DNA of 64,000 bases. Source: an uncultured Thermoprotei archaeon. GTDB lineage: Archaea > Thermoproteota > Thermoprotei > Thermofilales > B15-G2. Positions 1 to 10,472 of the stretch are shown here, piece by piece. The stretch spans positions 1 through 64,000 of the forward strand of contig CBDUKN010000007.1 in NCBI GenBank assembly GCA_965367815.1, given 5' to 3'. Numbering within the stretch: the first letter of the stretch is position 1; every line of letters begins with the position of its first letter. The notes under the pieces are model-generated. The model was not told where the DNA came from. It worked only from the letters and a program-made list of their open reading frames with translations, and made no database searches. The translations under genes were made by a program, and so were the position numbers.

Positions 1-699
1 GGAATAAGGCTTCCTGACAACATAGATGAGTTAAAAGAAAAGTGGAAAAACAGAGACTATCCGCTAGGAGTAAATGCTGGAGGATACTTTGGTTGGGCTA
101 GAGGCTTAATGGGGCTCCAGACTCTTCTTAAAACATTCTACAGAGACCCAGACCTCATTAGAGACATGTTTCGATTCAGAACAGAAATGATGCTTAAAGC
201 AGTAAGTCTAGCATTAAAAGTAGCCAAAATAGACTACGCCCACTGGTGGGAAGACATGTGCTATAATAAAGGACCGATGCTATCTCCGAGGCTGTTTAAA
301 GAATTCATGGTTCCAGAGTACAAGAAGATAACATCTTATCTGAAAGATCACGGAGTATGGCTAAATATACTTGATTCTGACGGAAACATCAATGATCTCG
401 TACCACTATGGCTCGAAGCAGACATAAACTGTCTATTTCCTTTAGAAAGAAGAGCCGGAGTAGACCCTGTTGAGTTAAGAGAGAAACATGGGAAAAAACT
501 TCTGTTAATGGGAGGTATAGATAAGTTCGCGCTAATAGAAGGTTTCAAGGCAATAGACAAAGAGCTTGAAAGAGTAAAAGATCTTGTTGAGGAAGGAGGC
601 TATATTCCTCACGTAGATCACAGGGTGCCGCCCGATGTCTCTTATAAAAACTATCTCTACTATTTGGAGAAAAAGAGAAAACTTATTGGACTGACATAA
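1..699 (+). CDS. Uroporphyrinogen decarboxylase / MtaA-CmuA family protein (5'-truncated by window edge)
   Basis: Frame open from base 1; WEDMCYNKGPMLSP, DSDG, GGIDK, GGYIPHVDHRVPPDV motifs typical of URO-D-like TIM barrels. Confidence 0.8.
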   Translation, partial: GIRLPDNIDELKEKWKNRDYPLGVNAGGYFGWARGLMGLQTLLKTFYRDPDLIRDMFRFRTEMMLKAVSLALKVAKIDYAHWWEDMCYNKGPMLSPRLFKEFMVPEYKKITSYLKDHGVWLNILDSDGNINDLVPLWLEADINCLFPLERRAGVDPVELREKHGKKLLLMGGIDKFALIEGFKAIDKELERVKDLVEEGGYIPHVDHRVPPDVSYKNYLYYLEKKRKLIGLT

Positions 700-730
700 G
701 TAATATATTAGTGTATACGTTTTAGCGAAA

Positions 731-1558
731 GTGCTTAAGGAAATACTGATACTGCTTACCTCTATGCTTTTTGGCTTTGTAAGCGCTATAGCCGGAATAG
801 GTGGAGGAAGTTTACTCGTGCCCACACTTATAGTCTTCTTTGATATTGATGCTAAAGTAGCAGTACCCATAGGAGTAGCAGTGGCAATTGCTACATCAAT
901 AGCTGCTACAAGAGTTTATCTTGAAAAGAACTTAGTTAACGTAAAACTGGGCCTTTTCCTAGAAGTTTCCTCGACAATAGGCGCTGTTGTCGGATCATTT
1001 ATTTACCAGTTTATTGAAGCCAGGTACTTAAAGCTAATTATGGGCACTATTTTCCCGATAATAGCAGTGTACATGATTTTGTCCGCTAGACTTAAACATA
1101 AATTTCGGGAAGAAGACTTTATAGCCAAGAAACTCGAACTAAGCGGAAAATACTTTGATGAAAATTTAGGAAAAGAAGTGACTTACAAAGTAGCGCATAG
1201 CCCTTTACTCATAGTAGGAAGCTTCTTTGCTGGAATACTTTCAGCTCTTCTAGGAATCGGAGGCGGAGTCATTAAAATGCCCCTCATGTGCATAGTAGGA
1301 GGAATTCCTATTAAAGTAGCTACGGCTACGAGCACATTTATGGTAGGAATAACGGCAGCTACATCGGCTCTACTTTATTTCAAAGAAGGATTTCTACGAG
1401 TAGATTTAGCGTCAATAGTTATCGTAGGCTTTATTGTGGGAGCCACTTTAGGTGCAAAAACACAAGTTAAAATTAAAAGCATTTGGATAAGACTTATTTT
1501 TTCAGGAGTATTGCTTTACGCGGCTATTCGCCTAATACTATCAAGTATAGGTGCTTAG
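731..1558 (+). CDS. TSUP (TauE/SafE) family membrane transporter
   Basis: Duplicated GIGGG motifs, ~8 hydrophobic segments, KVATATS. Confidence 0.85.
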   Translation: MLKEILILLTSMLFGFVSAIAGIGGGSLLVPTLIVFFDIDAKVAVPIGVAVAIATSIAATRVYLEKNLVNVKLGLFLEVSSTIGAVVGSFIYQFIEARYLKLIMGTIFPIIAVYMILSARLKHKFREEDFIAKKLELSGKYFDENLGKEVTYKVAHSPLLIVGSFFAGILSALLGIGGGVIKMPLMCIVGGIPIKVATATSTFMVGITAATSALLYFKEGFLRVDLASIVIVGFIVGATLGAKTQVKIKSIWIRLIFSGVLLYAAIRLILSSIGA

Positions 1559-1560
1559 TC

Positions 1561-1806
1561 ATGAAGACAAGTAAGTTATTAGAATTCATACTAGTGGCGG
1601 CAATAACGTTGATAGCTATAGGCACGTTACTCAGGTACCTGGCAGTCCAAAATATTCTCTCAAAACTAGGAATTCTTCTTTTACTTTCAGCGCCTGTAAT
1701 TCTTTTGGGAAAAATAGCGTTAGATATGTTACTGAGCAAAAAGTACCTATACTGTCTCTTAGCGGTGTTATCATTGCTCATAATTCTATTAAACTTTCTC
1801 ACGTAA
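1561..1806 (+). CDS. Small membrane protein, DUF1634-like partner of the TSUP transporter
   Basis: ATG 2 nt after the TSUP stop; 3 hydrophobic segments; GILLLLSAPV. Confidence 0.55.
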   Translation: MKTSKLLEFILVAAITLIAIGTLLRYLAVQNILSKLGILLLLSAPVILLGKIALDMLLSKKYLYCLLAVLSLLIILLNFLT

Positions 1807-1809
1807 AGT

Positions 1810-2207
1810 TATTTCAGCTTTGGTTTTCTGAGGGTAATTCTAGCTAATATACTAAAAAGGTGAACTAGCTCACAGAGATTAGGGGTATATGATATTTTTA
1901 CTCTTTTTACTTCCTTAATAGTTGTCTTCTTGTATATTAACCATGAGCCAAGGTTCAGTAGCTCAAGTACTCTACTTCGATACCTGTACGTAACTTAATC
2001 TTCCCGACTTTTGAAGATGTTTCGCTGATTAACTTATCTCTAGGCAAAGCACCCGCCATTACTTCAGGTATTATATACGGGTGGTATATTGTGTAAGGTT
2101 TTCTTGAAAACTATTATTTTTACTCGAGGACATGCTATTTGAGCATAAAGGGAAGTACTCCATCTAGCAGGATCATAGCCTACAATATCTATTTTATTGG
2201 TAATCAT
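1810..2207 (-). pseudogene. Degenerate N-terminal fragment of an FAD-dependent oxidoreductase (NADH oxidase/CoA-disulfide reductase-like)
   Basis: Manual translation: MITNKIDIVGYDPARWSTSLYA...KIIVFKK then, after a frameshift, YHPYIIPEVMAG...IKLRTGIEV; resembles a decayed Rossmann GxGxAG start. Confidence 0.35.
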
Positions 2208-2279
2208 TTACTTACTAGTGTTCAGAAGAATATAAAGTGTTATGCTTAGTCTTATATTCATAAAGGTGTAATAGAATAT

Positions 2280-3602
2280 ATGTCTGAAAATCAGCCACAT
2301 GTTCTTCTCATCGCTATAGATACTTTAAGAGCGGATCATTTAAGTTGCTATGGATATAAAGTAAAGACAAGTCCATTTATAGATAAGATAGCTTCTGAAG
2401 GTGCTATCTTTGAATACGCTTATGCTCCGGCTATACCTACACATCCAGGCTACACTACCATGCTCACTGGAGTACATCCGTTGCACCATAAAATAGTCTG
2501 TCATGCAGGATCAATATTCTTGAGCAAAAATATTCCTCTTGTAAGCGAGCTACTTAAAAGGAAAAGCTACATTACAGCGGCAGCAGACAATTTAGCTATA
2601 ATGAAAGGAGGAGAGTGGTTTATCCGAGGATACGACTACTACTTCGCGACAGGAGGCATAGTAGTTATTTCTAAAGGGATAAAGATAAGCGGAGAAATAG
2701 TCTTGAAGAAAACACTAGAGTTTCTAGATATGTGGAGCAGTAAACTTAAAGACAAAAAGTTCTTCCTTTTTGTACACTTCTGGGACCCTCACGCCCCCTA
2801 CTATCCGCCTGAAGACCTTGTCAAAAAAATATTTAAGGGAGATCCTTCTCAAGGAGACTTGAAGGAAAGAGTAGAAAAAACAGTATGGGGTAGACACCTG
2901 CTGAAAGGCTGGCTAGGCAAGCTAATAGAAAAGGGTTCCAGAAATCCTGATTATATTGAGGCTCTCTACGACGCAGAAATACTGTATACAGACGATAAAG
3001 TAAAGAAAATATACGAGAAATTAGAAGAGCTCGGAATATTAGATGATACTATCATAATTATTACAGCAGACCACGGAGAAAGTATGGGAGAACACAATAT
3101 ATTCTACGACCATCATGGTCTCTACGAGTGGGATGTAAGAATACCTCTCATAGTTAGATATCCTGAAAAAGTACCTAAAGGAACTAAAGTCAAAGCCTTT
3201 GTTCAGCACACAGACATAGTTCCAACAATACTTGACGTAGTGGGTTGCAGTTTCGGGGAACATATCTACGGCAAAAGCTTAATAAAGTTAATTGAAGGAG
3301 AGTGGAGCGGATACGATAAAGTACTGTTGATGGAGAACACTAGAATGACTAAGAGAGCTATTAGAACAGAGAGGTGGAAGCTTATAGAAACGCTCAGACC
3401 GGATCCCTACGGCAGACCTGCAGGCTACTTAGAGTTATTCGATTTAGAAAAAGATCCGCTTGAACAAAATAACTTAGCGTACGAAGACCGCGATACGGCT
3501 CTAAGACTGCTCGGTGAACTTGAAGAAGCTTGGAGAAAACTGCTTAAAGGAACAGAAGATCCTCTGCTAACACAAGAAATAAGTTTACCTATACCTGAAT
3601 GA
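2280..3602 (+). CDS. Sulfatase-like alkaline phosphatase superfamily hydrolase
   Basis: IDTLRADHL, PTHPGYTTMLTG, WDPHAPY, TADHGE, FDLEKDPLEQNN. Confidence 0.9.
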   Translation: MSENQPHVLLIAIDTLRADHLSCYGYKVKTSPFIDKIASEGAIFEYAYAPAIPTHPGYTTMLTGVHPLHHKIVCHAGSIFLSKNIPLVSELLKRKSYITAAADNLAIMKGGEWFIRGYDYYFATGGIVVISKGIKISGEIVLKKTLEFLDMWSSKLKDKKFFLFVHFWDPHAPYYPPEDLVKKIFKGDPSQGDLKERVEKTVWGRHLLKGWLGKLIEKGSRNPDYIEALYDAEILYTDDKVKKIYEKLEELGILDDTIIIITADHGESMGEHNIFYDHHGLYEWDVRIPLIVRYPEKVPKGTKVKAFVQHTDIVPTILDVVGCSFGEHIYGKSLIKLIEGEWSGYDKVLLMENTRMTKRAIRTERWKLIETLRPDPYGRPAGYLELFDLEKDPLEQNNLAYEDRDTALRLLGELEEAWRKLLKGTEDPLLTQEISLPIPE

Positions 3603-3612
3603 TACTTAGTCT

Positions 3613-4214
3613 ATGGCAGAAAACTTTTCTTACTCTTTGTGGCTTCAGATACTAACTATAGCTATTATAAATGACCTAGTTGATTTTTTCGGAATATTTC
3701 CTAATCCAATAGAAACTGCCTTAGATCTGCTTACAGGAATACTGATAATTCTCTTAATAAAATGAAAACTTTTGAAGCTTTTCAGCCTAAAGTAGTCAAT
3801 AAGATAACTACTATTCTCGCTTTCATGATAGTAATAGATCTTTTACCTTTCATAGACATGGCGCCGCTATGGACGCTAAGCGTACTGGCTCTGCACAATG
3901 ATTTTCATAAGCTATACTTGTTGATGAAAACATATAGCACTTTAAATAATCTCTCAAAAATGCTCATAAGAAACCCTTTGCCCTGGAGCTATATTGTCCA
4001 CACCATCAGTAAGGCTGGAAACTACTTGAGAGAAGTAGGTAGAATGTTAAGCCGTGAAGTAAGAGAAGAGGTGTTAAGACTAGCCAACGAGATGAAGGAT
4101 TATGCTATTAAGCACCATGTAGTGGAGGAAGAGTATCCTTCTGAAGAAGAAGCACGTCTGCTTGTAAGCCTAATTGATTCATGGTTAAGCAGACTGGTAG
4201 ATCTCTTTGAGTAA
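3613..4214 (+). pseudogene. Frameshifted small membrane protein read through into a probable separate ~56 aa protein (from ~4044)
   Basis: ATG 3613 gives hydrophobic MAENFSYSLWLQILTIAIINDLVDFF... stopping near 3763; hydrophobic text continues in the 3762 frame (IDLLPFIDMAPLWTL); charged C-terminal part MLSREVREE... Confidence 0.4.
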
Positions 4215-4254
4215 TTCTAGTAAAAAATAATACTTTGAAAACAGGTAGTATTCT

Positions 4255-5475
4255 GTGTATAAGAGCACTAAATTCTATAAATGCGTTGTAGATGAAGAAA
4301 AATGTGTAAAATGCGGAGCATGTAGAATAGTAAACTTATGTTATAGTCCGGGAAACTGTGTAGGCTGTCTTTCATGTTATTATTTCTGTCCTTATGAGGC
4401 TAGGGAAATAGTAGAAGATAAGAGTCCTAGAAAGGAAATAAGAGTAGTAGTAGACGGCGTAGAGTACTCTGTGCCAGAAAGAATAACAGTTCTCAAGGCA
4501 TTAGAGCTAATAGGATACAGCATAGGCATTTATCCAAATGAAGGAAAAATACAAGCTCCTTGTCGTACAGGTGGTTGCTGGTCCTGTGCAGTAGAGATTA
4601 ATGATAGCTTAGAGAGGTCATGTATTACTCCAATCGAAGAGGGTATGAGAATATCAACTAACATAAGAGATAAACCTCCTCTAAGAATAGTTCACGGACC
4701 TGAACCTCACACAGTAGGAGGTAAAGCCACACCCTACTATGCGAAAGGAAAGGGCAAATATGTTGAAGCAGCTATATGGGTGGCAGGTTGTAATCTTAGA
4801 TGTCCTCAATGTCAGAACTGGCATGTAACCTACGACAATATTACAGAACCGCTTACGCCTAAAAAGGCGGCTGAGAAATTAACAGCTGTAGGAGACTATT
4901 ACGAAGTTTCTGGGCTAGCTATTAGCGGAGGTGAGCCTACACTCAATAAGCAGTGGCTTATAGAATTCTTTAGACATTTAAGTGAGCTTAATAAAGGCAA
5001 AAATAGGAGACTGCACCTAGACAGTAACGGAACACTGCTCACGCCCGACTACATTGATGAATTAGTTGAAGCGGGATGCAATAATATAGGTGTAGAGCCG
5101 AAATGCGTATACGTAAAATCCTACACGAAAATAACAGGGATAACTGACAAAGAGCTTGCTGAAAAATACTTAAATACTGCCTGGAATGCAATTAAGTACT
5201 TAGTAGACCACTACAAAGAAAAAGTCTACATTGGAGTTGGTCTAGTATACAATAAAGAGTTAGTATCTCTAGATGAAATAGCGAAGGCCGGCGAAAAACT
5301 CGCATCAATAGACCCTGAAGTACAGGTCTGTGTATTGGACTATTTTCCTGCTTTTAGAAGAAGAAACTTAAAGAGGCCGAGTGTATTTGAAATGCTTAAA
5401 GTAAAAAGAGTACTGAATGATGCTGGACTTAAATGCGTAATTGTTCAAACATCTATAGGGCACTTTGGTCCCTAG
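4255..5475 (+). CDS. Radical SAM protein (PFL-activase-like) with N-terminal 4Fe-4S dicluster and 2Fe-2S domains
   Basis: CVKCGAC / CVGCLSC...CP, CRTGGCWSC...RSC, GCNLRCPQC, SGGEPT. Confidence 0.85.
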   Translation: MYKSTKFYKCVVDEEKCVKCGACRIVNLCYSPGNCVGCLSCYYFCPYEAREIVEDKSPRKEIRVVVDGVEYSVPERITVLKALELIGYSIGIYPNEGKIQAPCRTGGCWSCAVEINDSLERSCITPIEEGMRISTNIRDKPPLRIVHGPEPHTVGGKATPYYAKGKGKYVEAAIWVAGCNLRCPQCQNWHVTYDNITEPLTPKKAAEKLTAVGDYYEVSGLAISGGEPTLNKQWLIEFFRHLSELNKGKNRRLHLDSNGTLLTPDYIDELVEAGCNNIGVEPKCVYVKSYTKITGITDKELAEKYLNTAWNAIKYLVDHYKEKVYIGVGLVYNKELVSLDEIAKAGEKLASIDPEVQVCVLDYFPAFRRRNLKRPSVFEMLKVKRVLNDAGLKCVIVQTSIGHFGP

Positions 5476-6467
5476 TGCCTGCTACGGTGTGTAGGAGCTG
5501 CCCGAGGCTTTTTAGGCACTAGTTTACTTGGCTTAAGCCAACCCTTGTTCCAAAGCTTATAGTAGCTTATCATATATTTTTCAAGAGACTGATCTAAGTA
5601 TACCTCGGGGTAGAGAGGCTTTGCCTTGTATTCTACTAGAATATTTTTGTACAGCATAAATGTTTCTTTTACTGAAAGCTGACATGAGAAAGCTATGCAG
5701 TCGCTAGAATAGTATATAGTATGTATGTAAGGTATTAATGAAAGCTTTGAAACAACATTTTCTGCATTAAATACTTCGTAAAAGTGTATCCTAATAGGGT
5801 ACTCAGTGAGCGGTCTATATAAGCTAACATGGTTTCCAAGCCATATCGGTAAAACATGTCTACGGAAGTGATACGAGAGAAGTTGCTGCGAAGACCTTAT
5901 TCCTTTCAATAAAGCCTGTCTAGAGATGTCTGCTAGTGAAGTATAGGCGTATTTTTCTTTGAAAAATATTATTAATAAGTCATAAGTATCGATAGTTGTA
6001 GGAGTTATTTTTCTCCAGACATTATCTATTTTCTTTAACTTATAGTAATCTACTTCTAATTTTTCATTTATGATATTGTAGTGTGAAGCGAGATCGGGGC
6101 GCCAAAATACATGTTCTTCACCTATAAACACGAATTTTGGTTCATATGGGAATAGGGAAATATAATCTGAGATAGCGTCTTCAGGTACAGCAGCGGCAAC
6201 GACATATACTTCATCTCCATAAGATACTCCTTTTCTACAAGAAATAGTATATGCTGGAAGCCTATAAGGCATTTTATCAAAAACGAGAACTATAGGTTTG
6301 AGTTTTAGAGCTTTTCTAGATACTATAAACTTAATGTTTATTTGCGGAAGAAGAGCCTTTAATCTACGCGAGACAGTTGACTGAGGCAGACCGCTTTTCT
6401 CAGCTATTTTAGCGACATCAAGTGATCTTGGAATTGATGTAATTATTAGCCAGTCTCTGCTATCCAT
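5472..6467 (-). CDS. Crenarchaeal tandem wHTH (Lrp/AsnC-like) transcriptional regulator
   Basis: N-terminal IAEKSGLPQSTVSRRLK HTH and a second HTH-like TSLADIS...SQQLLSYH. Confidence 0.65.
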   Translation of the reverse strand: MDSRDWLIITSIPRSLDVAKIAEKSGLPQSTVSRRLKALLPQINIKFIVSRKALKLKPIVLVFDKMPYRLPAYTISCRKGVSYGDEVYVVAAAVPEDAISDYISLFPYEPKFVFIGEEHVFWRPDLASHYNIINEKLEVDYYKLKKIDNVWRKITPTTIDTYDLLIIFFKEKYAYTSLADISRQALLKGIRSSQQLLSYHFRRHVLPIWLGNHVSLYRPLTEYPIRIHFYEVFNAENVVSKLSLIPYIHTIYYSSDCIAFSCQLSVKETFMLYKNILVEYKAKPLYPEVYLDQSLEKYMISYYKLWNKGWLKPSKLVPKKPRAAPTHRSRH

Positions 6468-6846
6468 AGAGCGGTCCCCAGAGCTCTAAATAGAGTACAA
6501 TAAATGCGAAAAATTTCTTTCTCTTAAGAAAGACTTTACTCGATAATTATAGGTGTCAAAACAGCGCCTTTTCTCATAGCAATAAGAATTTTTCCTCGAA
6601 ATTAAATTTTTCATGACTTGATATATTACGGTTAAAAGGTATATTAACTTTACGCACTTATTCTTCAGTATATTCTCGCAAAAATAACTGTGCATTGGTA
6701 CACTAAATCAAGAAAAGGTGTACATATTTTTTCCTTTTTCACGAAAATGGATTATTTTAACTAAAAGTGTCTATGATATCTTCAATTAAATCACTTCTCT
6801 ATTATCTGTTAGCAATGCTTAAATAAGACTAGCATTAACCTAGACA

Positions 6847-7581
6847 GTGTATAAAGTAACTATAGTCTACGTGTATCATGATTGCTTTTTAATAGAGTAT
6901 GAAGACCTTAGTATAGTTTTTGATTTTCCTGAAGAATACTTTTCGTCTGAACCTATTTTTTCTACCGTTAAAGATAAAATAGAAGGAAAAAGAGTATTGT
7001 TTTTAGCTTCTCATCATCATTGGGATCATTTTTCTCCCAAAATATATGAGCTAGCAGTTTATGCAAAAGAAGCGCATATAATCTTATCACATGATATTGT
7101 TGAAGTTCATAAAATTCCTCGAGAAAACACTACAGTAGTTCATCCAGGAAAAGTAGTCACAGTATTTGGTTGTAAAATAAGAGCTTTTGAAAGCAGCGAC
7201 GTCGGTGTAGCATACTTACTGCACTTAAATAGACTTAATGTTTATCATTCGGGAGATTTATCGAACTGGGCTAGAGATACTTTGCCTAGTGAAGTAAACG
7301 AGAATATTATGAAGATATATTATGATGCTTTAAGAGAACTAAAGCGCTATACTATAGATATAGCTTTCATAAATACAGTACCTGGTATAAGCAACTGGAC
7401 AGGCGCTATAGACTTCGTAAAAGAAATTAGACCTAAGCTTGTTGTACCAATGCATCTGCGCGGGCAAACTGAGTACATTAAAGACTTTATAGCAGACTTG
7501 AAAAAAGAAGGGTTAGCAGTCGATGTATTCGAGTATAGCAAGCCCGGTGATACATATGTATATGTAGTAGAGTCTGATTAG
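6847..7581 (+). CDS. MBL-fold metallo-hydrolase
   Basis: SHHHWDH, YHSGD, VPMH motifs. Confidence 0.85.
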   Translation: MYKVTIVYVYHDCFLIEYEDLSIVFDFPEEYFSSEPIFSTVKDKIEGKRVLFLASHHHWDHFSPKIYELAVYAKEAHIILSHDIVEVHKIPRENTTVVHPGKVVTVFGCKIRAFESSDVGVAYLLHLNRLNVYHSGDLSNWARDTLPSEVNENIMKIYYDALRELKRYTIDIAFINTVPGISNWTGAIDFVKEIRPKLVVPMHLRGQTEYIKDFIADLKKEGLAVDVFEYSKPGDTYVYVVESD

Positions 7582-7612
7582 TTTCATATACTTTCTTTCC
7601 AAAAGCTATTTT

Positions 7613-9013
7613 GTGGTCAAAGTCTTCGTTGGAGGCATAAGACATGAATCTAATAGCTTTAGCTCTCTCACAGTTTCTCTCGAAGATTTCAGAGTAGTTA
7701 GCAGCGAAGAGCTCACGAAAACCAAGTATGTTCGAGTTCTAAAAAACTCGGGTGTTGACGTAGCTCTTTCTTTCACAGCTTATGCTCCACCAGCCGGTTT
7801 AGTAGAAAAAGAAGCTTACTTCGAGCTAAAAAGAAGTCTTCTCAATGATCTCGAGAAAGCGGGAAAAGTAGATGGAGTATTTCTGGATCTTCATGGAGCT
7901 ATGGAAGTTAAAGACCTAGGTAGCGGTGAACTAGATTTAGTTAAATCCATAAGGGAAATCGTTGGAGAAAAGTGTACTATAGCCGCTAGCTTTGATTTAC
8001 ACGGAAATATTCCTAAAGAACTCGCAGAGATGCTAGACATTATCGTAGCTTTCAGAACAGCGCCTCACATCGACGCTGAGGAAACACGATATAGGGCAGC
8101 GGTTTTACTTACAAAATGTTTGGCAGAGAAAATAGAGACTTCTATAGCCATAGTTAAGCCCCCAATGCTGTTGCCCGGAGAATTTTTCGTAACACTTTAT
8201 GAGCCTGCAGCAAGTATTATGAAAATGCTCCCTGAAATAGACTCGAAGCCACATATACTTGTTTCATCACTTTTCGTAGGCTGCGCCTGGACAGATGCTC
8301 CCTATGCTACACCTAGCGCAGTAGTTGTAGCGACTAAAAATAAATATAGTGAAGCACTTGAGGCGTCCCGCAAACTAGCCTATGAGGTTTGGCGTAGAAG
8401 AAGAGAATTCAAGCCTGATGTAGAGGCAGGAGAGCCAGAAGAAGTCCTAGAAAAAGCCTTACTGTGCCGAGAAAAGCCTGCAGTAATATCGGATTCAGGA
8501 GACAATGTTACTGCAGGAGGAGCTGGAGATGTTCCAGTTATGTTAGAGTTGTTGATAGAAAAGAATGTAGAAAAATCTCTTATAGCCGGCTTCTACGACA
8601 AAGAAGCTTACAAAAAGTGTGTTGAGGCAAGAGTAGGCGCTGAAGTAAAGCTAAGTCTAGGAGGTAAAATAGATAAAATAAATGGTTATCCCATAGATAT
8701 TAAAGCAAAAGTACTGAAACTGTCGAGTGAAGCAGTACTAATTAGGAGCGGGGCTGTCGACATAGCGGTAACTTCTAGGAGAAAAGCTTTCACAGAGCTT
8801 GAGGACTATAAGGCTCTAGGAATAGACCCTAGAGAATACAAAATTATTGTAGTTAAGTTAGGTTACTTATTCTCAGATATCAGAGAAATAGCGGCGAAAG
8901 CCTACATGGCCTATACTCCTGGCTTTACTTGCCTTAAAATAGAGAAACTTCCCTACAGAAGAGTTTTTAGACCAATATATCCCTTGGATAAAGACTTCGA
9001 GTGGAGCCCCTAG
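7613..9013 (+). CDS. M81 family (MlrC-like) metallopeptidase/deacylase
   Basis: HESNSF, LDLHGAM, DLHGN, FRTAPHID, DSGDNVTAGG. Confidence 0.88.
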   Translation: MVKVFVGGIRHESNSFSSLTVSLEDFRVVSSEELTKTKYVRVLKNSGVDVALSFTAYAPPAGLVEKEAYFELKRSLLNDLEKAGKVDGVFLDLHGAMEVKDLGSGELDLVKSIREIVGEKCTIAASFDLHGNIPKELAEMLDIIVAFRTAPHIDAEETRYRAAVLLTKCLAEKIETSIAIVKPPMLLPGEFFVTLYEPAASIMKMLPEIDSKPHILVSSLFVGCAWTDAPYATPSAVVVATKNKYSEALEASRKLAYEVWRRRREFKPDVEAGEPEEVLEKALLCREKPAVISDSGDNVTAGGAGDVPVMLELLIEKNVEKSLIAGFYDKEAYKKCVEARVGAEVKLSLGGKIDKINGYPIDIKAKVLKLSSEAVLIRSGAVDIAVTSRRKAFTELEDYKALGIDPREYKIIVVKLGYLFSDIREIAAKAYMAYTPGFTCLKIEKLPYRRVFRPIYPLDKDFEWSP

Positions 9014-9085
9014 AAAATTTACTTCAATTATTTATAACTTAGGAACTACCTAACGTATTTAATACCTTGTTTTCTATATTTACCT

Positions 9086-10150
9086 GTGAGCGAAAACACA
9101 TTCGAGGTTTTAAAGAGACTAGTAGAAGCGCCTAGCGTTTCTGGCTACGAAGATACAGCAAGAGAAGTAATATCAAATCTAATGAAGGAAAGAGGTCTCG
9201 AAGTCAAAGTAGATGTTCTAGGCAATGTTATAGGCTCTTTCGGCGAAGGAGACTTAAAAATAATGATTGCCGCTCACTTAGATACAGTAGGTTTCATGGT
9301 AACCTATATTGAAAACGAAGGCTACATAAGATTTGCTTCCAGAGGAATTGACCAGCGTGTAGTCTACGGACAACGCGTAGTGCTACATACACCTAGAGGA
9401 CCTGTGTACGGAGTAGTGGCCGCCAAAGCAGCGCACTTGACTAAGCCTGAGGAAAGAGATAAAGTAGTTAAAATAGAAGACATGGCCATAGACATAGGTG
9501 CCGAAAAGAAGGAAGAAGTAGAGAAACTGGGAATTAAGCCCGGAACAGTAATTACGCCAGTTCTTGAGTTAAAGAAATTACTTAATAACAATGTGCTTGG
9601 AGTAGGTCTTGACGATAAAGCAGGAGTAGCAGCTATGATAAAAATAGTAGACTATTTAGCCAAAAAGGATCTCGGACTTAAAGTCTACTTAGTAGCTACA
9701 AGCCAAGAAGAACTGGGATTAAGGGGAGCAAGAGTAGTAGCTTATAGAATTAAACCAGACATAGGCATAGCGATAGACGTTACTCACGGACTTCAACACG
9801 GTGTATCGCCGAGACAAGTAGCTGGAATAAAGTTAGGAAAAGGCCCTGCAATAGGACTAGGTCCCAATTTCTATCCCAAAGTAGTTCAACTACTAGAAGA
9901 GGCCGGAGAAAAAGCCAGCGTACCTTACCAGAGAGAACCCATATTTGGGCCCTCTGGCACAGATGCCGCGGTAATACAGCTTACTAGAGAAGGAGTAGCT
10001 ACGGGACTAGTTTCAATTCCCCTGAAGTACATGCATAGTTTTGGCGAAATAGCGTCTCTCAACGATATTGAGAATACTGCAAAACTTCTAGCAAAATTCA
10101 TCGAGCTAGTAGAAGAAAGGAAAAAGGAATTCTCTGAAATACTCGTTTAA
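9086..10150 (+). CDS. M42 family aminopeptidase (TET-like)
   Basis: SGYE, AAHLD, LDDKAG, QEELGLRGA, IAIDVT, GTDA, YMHS. Confidence 0.9.
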   Translation: MSENTFEVLKRLVEAPSVSGYEDTAREVISNLMKERGLEVKVDVLGNVIGSFGEGDLKIMIAAHLDTVGFMVTYIENEGYIRFASRGIDQRVVYGQRVVLHTPRGPVYGVVAAKAAHLTKPEERDKVVKIEDMAIDIGAEKKEEVEKLGIKPGTVITPVLELKKLLNNNVLGVGLDDKAGVAAMIKIVDYLAKKDLGLKVYLVATSQEELGLRGARVVAYRIKPDIGIAIDVTHGLQHGVSPRQVAGIKLGKGPAIGLGPNFYPKVVQLLEEAGEKASVPYQREPIFGPSGTDAAVIQLTREGVATGLVSIPLKYMHSFGEIASLNDIENTAKLLAKFIELVEERKKEFSEILV

Positions 10151-10256
10151 CTATAGTTTAGTTTTTATCTCCACGCCTAATTAATTTAATAGAAGTTAGT
10201 GAATAAAACAGAATATATTGAATAGATATATATTCTGGCTTTCGCATAATATCCGT

Positions 10257-10472
10257 ATGCCTAAGTATAAAGTTAAAGTAGACAAAGAAACTTGTATCGG
10301 ATGCGGAGCATGCGCTGCAGTCTGTCCAGATTACTTTGAGATAGGCGATGACGGAAAAGCTCGGCTCAAAGATAGTAAAACCGAGATTGAAGTAGAGGAA
10401 TTAGGCTGTATTTCGGATGCGAAAGAAAACTGTCCTGTAAACGCTATTACTGTAGAGGAAATCAAAGACTAG
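10257..10472 (+). CDS. Single-cluster ferredoxin
   Basis: CIGCGACAAVCP...CPVNAI; ATG 10257 is the likely start. Confidence 0.9.
   Translation: MPKYKVKVDKETCIGCGACAAVCPDYFEIGDDGKARLKDSKTEIEVEELGCISDAKENCPVNAITVEEIKD

Noticed and set aside
6486-6695. 69-aa minus-strand ORF
   Set aside because: AT-rich divergent promoter region with no recognisable motif
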